A stretch of DNA of 64,000 nt from Candidatus Latescibacterota bacterium (GTDB taxonomy: Bacteria > Latescibacterota > UBA2968 > GCA-2709665). Of this stretch, positions 29,297 through 36,711 are shown one piece after another; position 1 is the first letter of the stretch; each line of letters opens with the position of its first letter. The position numbers were made by a program, and so were the translations under genes. The notes below the pieces were generated by a model that made no database searches, was not told the DNA's origin, and worked only from the letters and a program-made list of their open reading frames with translations. The DNA lies in the NCBI GenBank assembly GCA_965219455.1, contig OZ244744.1, forward strand, positions 960,001 to 1,024,000, in the 5' to 3' direction.

Positions 29297-30450
29297 TTTT
29301 TCGTTTCACTCCCAAAGCAATAAAGGGTCCCGTCGGTCGTACCTATCACGAGTCTGCCGCCGGCCAAGCTGGGCGAGGCCAGGATTTCCGAGCCGGTTAC
29401 GAATTCCCACTCCTTTTCGCCGGTATTCAAATCCAACGCCAGAACCCGTCCCCCTGTTGTCCCCACAAAAACACGATTGCCCGCGACCACCGGGGAGGAA
29501 TCGATGCGAGAACGGAACGAGCGTATCCACAACAACGCGCCCGTGTCCGGATTCAGCGCACGCACCATTTTGTCCCGCCCGGCCACGATCACGCGCCTGT
29601 CGGTCACCGCTGCCGAGGCGTAGTAAGGATGCTTGCGGCTGGGATGCTCGTAACGCCACGCGACCTTCGCCGCCGACAGATCCACACCCAGGACCTGGTT
29701 TCCGAAATTACCCAGGTAGGCGCGTCCGTTGTGCACCGCGACACTCGACGCGACGTAGTCGTACACGACCACATTTGCGACTTCAACCCCATCGGCCACG
29801 TTCACCACCCGCATCAGGCCGTCGCACCCCGCGACAACCGCCCGTCCGCCCACGAGGGCCGGCGTTCCGTGGACGTATCCGCCGGTCTCCAATTTCCACA
29901 ATAACGAACCGTCCTTCGTTGCGAGGCAGTAAAGGAACTCGTCATAAGATCCGAACAACACCCGGGCCCCATCCCCCGTGGCCGAAGAAATGATCTCCCC
30001 CCCTGTCCGGAACGTCCAGATCCCTCTCCCCGTTCCCGCCTCCACGGCGTGGAACCCGCCGCCGCCATCTCCAAAAAAAACAACGCCATCGGCAACCATC
30101 GGTGACGACTTGACTTCTCCCCGGGCCGTATACGTCCACTTCAATCCGCCGCGGTCCAGATCAAATGCATAGAGCTTGCCGTCCAGCCCGCCCACATATA
30201 CCGTACCCCGCCAGATCGCCGCCGTGGACTCGATCCCCGTTGCCACCCGTGCGGTCCACGCCACCACCGGTTCACCCGGCAGCGCTCCCCGAGCAAGCCC
30301 GGTGGATTGCGCGTCGCCGCGAAACTGCGGCCAGGACGCCTCGCCGGCAACGCCGACGGGAACCGTTACGTGCAACAAGCAGAGGAAAAGAAAGACGTTC
30401 TCAATGTTCCTCGCTTGTCGCTTGACCCGAAACTCAATACGCCTCTTCAT
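29293..30450 (-). CDS. Secreted PQQ-binding-like beta-propeller protein (BamB/AfsK-like)
   Basis: SWPQFRG followed by about eight repeats (IESTA, VKSSP, IISSA, VHGTP, IDSSP, ILASP). Overlaps both neighbours. Confidence 0.88.
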   Translation of the reverse strand: MKRRIEFRVKRQARNIENVFLFLCLLHVTVPVGVAGEASWPQFRGDAQSTGLARGALPGEPVVAWTARVATGIESTAAIWRGTVYVGGLDGKLYAFDLDRGGLKWTYTARGEVKSSPMVADGVVFFGDGGGGFHAVEAGTGRGIWTFRTGGEIISSATGDGARVLFGSYDEFLYCLATKDGSLLWKLETGGYVHGTPALVGGRAVVAGCDGLMRVVNVADGVEVANVVVYDYVASSVAVHNGRAYLGNFGNQVLGVDLSAAKVAWRYEHPSRKHPYYASAAVTDRRVIVAGRDKMVRALNPDTGALLWIRSFRSRIDSSPVVAGNRVFVGTTGGRVLALDLNTGEKEWEFVTGSEILASPSLAGGRLVIGTTDGTLYCFGSETKK

Positions 30451-31549
30451 ATAACGCCAGATATCCGGCTTCGCGGACCGGCCGCGGATTGAACGTTCCC
30501 GTCCACTGGTTTGCCGCCGCCGCCGCCAGCTCCGGCAGCCGATCCCGGCCAACCCCAAGTTCACACAGGCGTCCGGGCAGATTCGCCGTGTGTCTGAATC
30601 GGACGATCTGCTCGGCAAGCGCCCCGGCCGTCAACCCAAGTCCTTCGTAGAGCGCCCCATCCGTTTCCCCGTTGAACCGGATCACCGACGGAAGCATCGT
30701 GCCCACCGCGACGCCGTGCGTGATGCCGTACCGAGCCGTCAGCGGATTGGCGCACGCGTGCGCGGCGCCCAGCATGGCATTCTCGATAGCCGCCCCTGCG
30801 AAATGCGCGCCCAGGAGCATTGCGGCCCTGGCGTGGGGGCCTGCCGGCGGCTCCAACGCCCCTTCGAATCCCGTCGAGAGCAACCGCCACGCCTCCCGCG
30901 CGTACATGCGCGACACCGCGTTGCGCCGGGTACACACGTAGCTCTCCACCGCATGCGCAATGGCATCGATACCCGAAGCGGCAGCCACATGTGTTGGAAC
31001 GCTCGACGTGAGCGCGGGATCCAGAATGACGCCGCGAAACCGTGCCTTGAGGTCTCCGCAGGCCATCTTCTCGTGGGTATCCGGCGTGGCGATCAACGCG
31101 TAGGACTGTGCCTCGCTCCCGGTTCCCGCGGTAGTGGGAATGCCGATAGACGGCAGCATCGGGCGCTCCGCCCTGCCCATTCCCCGGTAGTCTTCGATCC
31201 GCCCGCCGTTGGTGAGGATGAAATTGATCCCCTTGGCGCAATCCATCGCGCTGCCGCCCCCCAGGCCCGCAATGAGACCGATGCCGCCATGCGCCGCGGC
31301 AACCTCCACCCCCGCGTCCACGTGAGCCGTTGTGGGGTTCTCGCCCGCCCCGTGGAACAGGAAGACGTCGCGGGATCCACGCCGCAGCAACGCCATCGCC
31401 CTGTCCGCGATGCCCGCGTTGACAATTCCGGGATCGGTAACGAGCAGAGTTCGTCTTCCACCGAGTCCATCCGCCAGGTCCCCGAGTTGCGCCAGTGCGC
31501 CTTCCCCGAATATCACTCGCGGCGCAGGATGAAGGTCGAAGGGTTCCAT
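30434..31549 (-). CDS. Iron-containing alcohol dehydrogenase
   Basis: LGGGSAMDCAK, IPTTAGTGSE, GIDAIAHAVE, HACANPL..HGVA. Confidence 0.93.
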   Translation of the reverse strand: MEPFDLHPAPRVIFGEGALAQLGDLADGLGGRRTLLVTDPGIVNAGIADRAMALLRRGSRDVFLFHGAGENPTTAHVDAGVEVAAAHGGIGLIAGLGGGSAMDCAKGINFILTNGGRIEDYRGMGRAERPMLPSIGIPTTAGTGSEAQSYALIATPDTHEKMACGDLKARFRGVILDPALTSSVPTHVAAASGIDAIAHAVESYVCTRRNAVSRMYAREAWRLLSTGFEGALEPPAGPHARAAMLLGAHFAGAAIENAMLGAAHACANPLTARYGITHGVAVGTMLPSVIRFNGETDGALYEGLGLTAGALAEQIVRFRHTANLPGRLCELGVGRDRLPELAAAAANQWTGTFNPRPVREAGYLALYEEAY

Positions 31550-31559
31550 CCGAATGATT

Positions 31560-32984
31560 CTACGCTCCCCGGGCGAACTGAAAGGCCCGCTGCCGGTAGA
31601 GATGTTCGAACAAATTGCCTTCGTGAGGCTGGTCCCAGGAAATCCGGTTCGTGGGAATCGGCCCGAGGTTCAGTCTTTCCACGTGAGGTGAACTCAGCAA
31701 CTGACTGATCAAGGCTTCATCTTCCGTCAACGCGGTCACCACCAGGCTGGGCCCGATCCGGTTGTGCACCTCCGACTGCGGCACTTCGACCACGCTCGCG
31801 TACGGGAACAGGAACTCCGTATTCGCCAGCGGGTGTTCGGGAGACTCACACCACACCAGCGTGGGATTCAAAAACGTGAGGCCGTCTATTTCATCGAGCC
31901 GGTTCCGGCGCAAGTCCGCGGTCAGGTCCTTTGCGCCGCCGTTTCCCAGGTGCACGTCAATCGTATTTGAAACCTGAACCGCGGCCGCGGGATTGGCAAA
32001 CGCGGCAAGCTGCGCTTCCGGATCGTCCAGCGGCCGGGCGCCGATCTCCGCGAGCCGGCACGCGAGCGCTTCGGCAATCTCCCGACCATGCGCGGGTGTC
32101 CACACGCCCGAAGCATTGATGCACGACCGACCGCCGTTTGCAGTTATCGAAACCAGGATCACATCCAGATAATCCTCCCAGCGGTCGACCAGGTCTTCAC
32201 CAAGAATCACCTTGCTCCGGCCGGGGCCGTGAATCGACACCCGTGGATCGTTGCGCCACGGCGCAACCGTGGCCCCTCCGCCGAACAAAAGGGAGCGCCC
32301 GCACCGCAGAAGGACTTCGTTGGCGCCGGCGTGCCCGGTCGGATAGATGCCGAACGCTTCGACCGGGCATCCTGCGGCAAAAAACGCCTGTGCAATCCGA
32401 TACGGGGTCCAGGGATCCTCCCGCCCGGGCTTCAACACCAGGGGCACCTTCAATGAAATCGCCGGAACCCAGAGCGAATGCACCCCGGGGGAATTGCTGG
32501 GCAACACCGCGCCCAGCGCATCAGTCTGGCACAGATAGCTCAATGGCCGACCGCTTTCAGGGTTCCACCCCCCATCCAGAACCGACAGATCCAGGTCACG
32601 CGTCAGCCCGCCGAGCACCGCTTCAATCTGGCTGCAAACCAGCCGGATTTTTCCCATGTTCGACCGGCAAAGGGCTTCCGGAATTCCCGTTGTCCCCGAC
32701 ACCTGGCGGACATAATCCTCGGGAGATTGCGGTTCGTTATCCAGCGGCAGAACCGCATCCGAGAAAAACCGGGCAGCCCTCCGGGTTACAGTTATAAGAT
32801 CGGAAACGGTCAACGCTTCCAGGTTCCCTTTGTTCGCCGGCGCGGCGTTGAGATCCCTCGCGATCAACCCCGGATTCGCCTGGCTCACCCGGACCAGCGG
32901 TTCTCCGGTCCGGACGTGCGGAACTTCCTGAACGTCCAGACTCGTATAGGGCTTGCCTGCCCGCAGAACCGGGATATGGGCCAC
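31560..32984 (-). CDS. ALDH-fold protein, GriD/EhpG-like putative acyl-adenylate reductase subunit
   Basis: LPSNSP, LKPGREDP, catalytic Cys in GGRSCINAS, EFLFP. IHGPGRSK replaces the canonical ELGGK. GTG start after GAGGAGG. Confidence 0.8.
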   Translation of the reverse strand: MAHIPVLRAGKPYTSLDVQEVPHVRTGEPLVRVSQANPGLIARDLNAAPANKGNLEALTVSDLITVTRRAARFFSDAVLPLDNEPQSPEDYVRQVSGTTGIPEALCRSNMGKIRLVCSQIEAVLGGLTRDLDLSVLDGGWNPESGRPLSYLCQTDALGAVLPSNSPGVHSLWVPAISLKVPLVLKPGREDPWTPYRIAQAFFAAGCPVEAFGIYPTGHAGANEVLLRCGRSLLFGGGATVAPWRNDPRVSIHGPGRSKVILGEDLVDRWEDYLDVILVSITANGGRSCINASGVWTPAHGREIAEALACRLAEIGARPLDDPEAQLAAFANPAAAVQVSNTIDVHLGNGGAKDLTADLRRNRLDEIDGLTFLNPTLVWCESPEHPLANTEFLFPYASVVEVPQSEVHNRIGPSLVVTALTEDEALISQLLSSPHVERLNLGPIPTNRISWDQPHEGNLFEHLYRQRAFQFARGA

Positions 32985-33015
32985 GCCACCCTCCTCGATC
33001 ATCTATTTAGCTTGT

Positions 33016-33135
33016 ACCCTGAGCCGCTCCCTGAGCCTGTCGAAGGGTCGGCGAAGTGTCACGAAGTTCACCCAACGTTGCAGCATGGGCCCGTCGAAGG
33101 GTAGCGAAACGCGGACGCTTCGACAGGCTCGGCGC
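33016..33135. repeat. REP-like cluster (CCCTGAGCCTGTCGAAGGG family)
   Basis: ccctgagcctgtcgaaggg and gtcgaagggtagcgaaacgcgg..ttcgaca; inverted relative of 27788-27908. Confidence 0.75.
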
Positions 33136-33198
33136 AAGGAACGTAGCGAGACGGGTTGAACCGGCGGATGAATGGAGACGTAAATCCGTTTCCGGACA

Positions 33199-34272
33199 CT
33201 AATATACCCCGACGACGACCGACTCCTGCAACTCAGAGAAAAGGCCCAGATTTCGTACCCCGTCCCATGGAAACCTTTCGCTGGGTTCCGCCCGCTCTCC
33301 CTCGTCCCGTTCCAGAAACCTCGGCATGAAGAATTCTCGGGTCAGGGTTGTCAGCATCACCCTGCCAACGGCGTTGTATGCCACCGGTTCGTCAGGATTT
33401 TCGGGGTCCGCCAACTCGATAACCGCCCTGGGCACCGGCGGATAATAGGTAATGGCGTAATTGTCCGCGGGCTCCAGCGGTTTGGAATAAGCCAACCCCA
33501 TCAATGTATTTCCGTACGTCGGCACAAAATCGATACCGGGAACCAATTCCTCCCTGGCGAATCGGTTGAATTGCGCGTCCATCTCGGTCCCGCCGCAGAA
33601 AATCCCCGATATCCCGACCTTTTCCAACGAAATCTTTTCGCAGATCGCTTCGAGAAGCTTCGGGGTTGTAAACATACACTTCACATTGTCGTTCGCCCGC
33701 AAAATGGTCAGCGCCTGGTCGATCACGTGCGCTTTGTAGAGGTCCAATTCCTGGAGCGCGCCGCGCACGATCAGCTTATTCACCCACCGGGGATCCAGGT
33801 CCACCAGGAAACAGATCCCGCCGCGGATCTGGCACAGATATTCGACCGCCAGCCGCAGCCGCCTCGGTCCCGTGGGACCCAGCATCAGCCAGTCCGCCCC
33901 CGTGGGAAACGTCTCGTTTGAAAGGTGCCTGCTGAACATCTCATAGTCGATCTGGAAGTCGTCCTGGCTTATCCGGTATTTCGGCACCCCGGTGGATCCG
34001 CCGGTCTCGAAAACATACGTCCGCTTCCCTGCGCTTCCTCGGGGTATCCACCGGCGTACGGGTCCGCCTCGCAGCCAGTCGTCCTGAAAGTGTCCCAGAA
34101 TCTTCAAATCCGCAAATCCGCCGATCTCCCTTCGCGGATCGAAATCCAGCCGCTCCGCGAATTCCAGCCAGAACGGGCAGCCCGTGTCCGGATTGAAATG
34201 CCAGGCCACGGTTTCCCGCACGTGGGCATCCAGTTCGTCCCTGGCCTTCCTGACGCTATCGGCAATCGGCAT
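33199..34272 (-). CDS. Atypical short adenylating enzyme, GriC/EhpF-like (aryl-carboxylate reductase AMP subunit)
   Basis: WHFNPDTGCPFW, P-loop VFETGGSTGVPK, GPTGP, DLDPRWV, TTPKLL, YGNT, ERD. 357 aa, lacking the usual C-terminal ANL lid. Confidence 0.75.
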   Translation of the reverse strand: MPIADSVRKARDELDAHVRETVAWHFNPDTGCPFWLEFAERLDFDPRREIGGFADLKILGHFQDDWLRGGPVRRWIPRGSAGKRTYVFETGGSTGVPKYRISQDDFQIDYEMFSRHLSNETFPTGADWLMLGPTGPRRLRLAVEYLCQIRGGICFLVDLDPRWVNKLIVRGALQELDLYKAHVIDQALTILRANDNVKCMFTTPKLLEAICEKISLEKVGISGIFCGGTEMDAQFNRFAREELVPGIDFVPTYGNTLMGLAYSKPLEPADNYAITYYPPVPRAVIELADPENPDEPVAYNAVGRVMLTTLTREFFMPRFLERDEGERAEPSERFPWDGVRNLGLFSELQESVVVGVY

Positions 34273-34291
34273 GTCTATTCCGACTCATATC

Positions 34292-35392
34292 TTAAGTTTC
34301 GCTTCGCCACGCATCCAGGGGATGCCGACGATCTGAGAGCGGCAACGCGACCCGGCGCCCGCCTTCCCTGTGTGACTGATAAATGCCCAGAATCATCTCG
34401 AAAGCCGTTCGGCCGTCTTCGCCGCTCGACGGCGGATCCGTCCCTGTTTCAATCGCTGCCGCCATCCGGCGGTACATCCTGGCAATGGCGTTTCCGTCCT
34501 CCGATTCGCCGGACACGACGGGCACCCAGTCTCCCTGTCCCCCGGGCAACCCTTCCATGGGCCTTGGAAGATGCCAGAGGGCATGCGCAACGCTGCCTGA
34601 CGCACGGACCGACAGTTGCCCTTCGGTACCGATAACGTCCACACCGTAGTTCTCGCTCATAGGCGCCTGGAATCCGAGGAAGTAAATTTCTCCCAGGATA
34701 CCGCCCTCGAAGCCGTATTGGGCCGTTGCCCGGTCGCCCGCTACAGGGCCGGAATCGCGGTCCCGCGGCGACATCTCCTTTGCTTCCATGACGTCGTTGA
34801 CGTCCGCCAGGCGTCCCTGATAATGGACGGTACCGGAACACCACGTGGGCGCGCCGCCGAAGCGCATCATCATATCGGCCACGTGGGTTCCCATTTCCGT
34901 GAACTCGTTACCGCTCCGGCGCCCGCTCTTGTTCCGTCCGCGCACGAGCACGACCTGACCGATATCCCCTCTGCGAACCATGTCACGCGCGGTCAATACT
35001 GCTGAACTCACGTGGCTCTGATGGTTGACCGCCAGCCTTGCGCCCGATGCGCAGGCCGCCGCAACCATTTCGTCCGCCTCGGCGGGATCGATGGCGATCG
35101 GCTTCTCGCAAAGCACCGATATCCCGCGCTGCAGCGCCGCCACCGCGGGCGCGCGATGCCCCCGGGTCTGGGTGGCCACAACGGCAAGATGGGGGCGCAT
35201 TTCGTCGTACATCCGCACAAAGTCCGAAAAACGCGATGACACCCCGTATGTTTTTCCTGTCTGTTGGAGCGCTTCGGCAAACACGTCACAGACACCCACA
35301 ACCTCGAATTCGGGCATTTCCCGAAGGATGTTCAGGTGCTGGCGCCCCATCCCTCCACAACCCACAAGTGCCACTCGATATTTTTTATCCAT
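34292..35392 (-). CDS. Gfo/Idh/MocA family oxidoreductase
   Basis: VGCGGMG, LCEKPIA, EMGTH. Confidence 0.9.
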   Translation of the reverse strand: MDKKYRVALVGCGGMGRQHLNILREMPEFEVVGVCDVFAEALQQTGKTYGVSSRFSDFVRMYDEMRPHLAVVATQTRGHRAPAVAALQRGISVLCEKPIAIDPAEADEMVAAACASGARLAVNHQSHVSSAVLTARDMVRRGDIGQVVLVRGRNKSGRRSGNEFTEMGTHVADMMMRFGGAPTWCSGTVHYQGRLADVNDVMEAKEMSPRDRDSGPVAGDRATAQYGFEGGILGEIYFLGFQAPMSENYGVDVIGTEGQLSVRASGSVAHALWHLPRPMEGLPGGQGDWVPVVSGESEDGNAIARMYRRMAAAIETGTDPPSSGEDGRTAFEMILGIYQSHREGGRRVALPLSDRRHPLDAWRSET

Positions 35393-35420
35393 CGGAGGAT
35401 CCTTTTCCCAGAGAATTCGT

Positions 35421-36509
35421 TTAGTTGCCTTTTACCCAGCCTTTCGGCCGCCACGTGGACAGGGGATTCTGCCGGTGGCACTCCTCCATCACCGCCACCT
35501 GAACGGCGACCTGCTTCGGCGTGATATACAGTGCCGCACCGTTCTGCAGGACGTCATATAAATGATCATAGAACGCTCTGGACATAAACGTGAACGCATC
35601 CTTCTCCTCTTCATTTGGCGTCCACGTCTTCTCCGTCCAGGGCAGTTCTTCGCGGCAATAACTCGGTCCCGGAAGCGGGGATCGCAAGAGCCGCTGTTCC
35701 GGCGCCGCCTCGGGATCGAAAAAGCGCCAGCGGATCCCGTCGGATCCGCCCGTCAGCCCGCCCCGCGTACCGTAAACGTGATACATATCTCCGGAATAGG
35801 CGTCGCACGAGGAGATCTCCAGATCGACCGTGGGAGATCCTTTCCGCCGCAACAGCACGTTTACATGATCCTCCGCGTCTCCCCACGTATTGGTGCGGTC
35901 CATGATGCAGTGCACGGCGGGCTTTTTCCAGTCCAGCAGACACAGGGCCTGGTCCATCGCATGCGGCCCCGTATTCAGAAGGTTACCGCCTTTGAATTCC
36001 TGCAGCGTCTGCCAGTCCCATCGGCGCGCGAACCCGTTGAACGCAATCCGGATCTGGACGATTCGCCCCAGCACGCCGGAATCGATCACCCCGCGTATCT
36101 GCTGAAATTGCGGTGCGTATCTCGACTGCTGAAACGGTGCGAACACCCTGCCTGCCCGCCCGGACGCCGCCACCATTCGCCGAAATTCCCTCGTGCTGGC
36201 TGCCAGGGGCTTTTCGCAGACGACATGATGACCTGCACCAAAGGCTTCCACGGTACTTTGTGTATGCAGATGGCTGGGCAACGCGTTGACAATCACGTCG
36301 ACGTCCTGCCGCGCCAGCAGGTCCTTATAATCAGCATATGCATCACATTCAAACTCACGTACCGCGCGGTCACGACGGTCCCGCAGCAGATCCGACACGG
36401 CTACAATCCGATATTTCCCTGGCGACCGGGACAGCCACTCCGCATGGATATCGCGGCCGCTGCGTCCCTGACCGAGAATGCCGACCCGAATACGCCCCTG
36501 TCCTGCCAT
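35421..36509 (-). CDS. Gfo/Idh/MocA family oxidoreductase
   Basis: LGQGRSG, VCEKPLA, GGNLLNTGPH. Confidence 0.9.
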   Translation of the reverse strand: MAGQGRIRVGILGQGRSGRDIHAEWLSRSPGKYRIVAVSDLLRDRRDRAVREFECDAYADYKDLLARQDVDVIVNALPSHLHTQSTVEAFGAGHHVVCEKPLAASTREFRRMVAASGRAGRVFAPFQQSRYAPQFQQIRGVIDSGVLGRIVQIRIAFNGFARRWDWQTLQEFKGGNLLNTGPHAMDQALCLLDWKKPAVHCIMDRTNTWGDAEDHVNVLLRRKGSPTVDLEISSCDAYSGDMYHVYGTRGGLTGGSDGIRWRFFDPEAAPEQRLLRSPLPGPSYCREELPWTEKTWTPNEEEKDAFTFMSRAFYDHLYDVLQNGAALYITPKQVAVQVAVMEECHRQNPLSTWRPKGWVKGN

Positions 36510-36711
36510 CTTCCCGACCTCCATAAGTTGGTTAACGTCTGCCCGCTCCCGGGCTTCCCGCTGCGCATTAGCACCCGGACCGGTCGTCCCCGCCGACCCA
36601 CTGTCGATCGGTGTTTAGCGGGATTCCCCGGCTTTCAATCGAACGGGACACCCTCATCCCCAATACATCGGCCGCCGGGCGGACACCGCACGAATTCCAC
36701 CGCAGTTTTCG

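Noticed and set aside
31560-34272. luxCE bioluminescence or phenazine biosynthesis genes
   Set aside because: No luxAB/luxD and no phz core genes in the window; only the reductase-type pair is shared.
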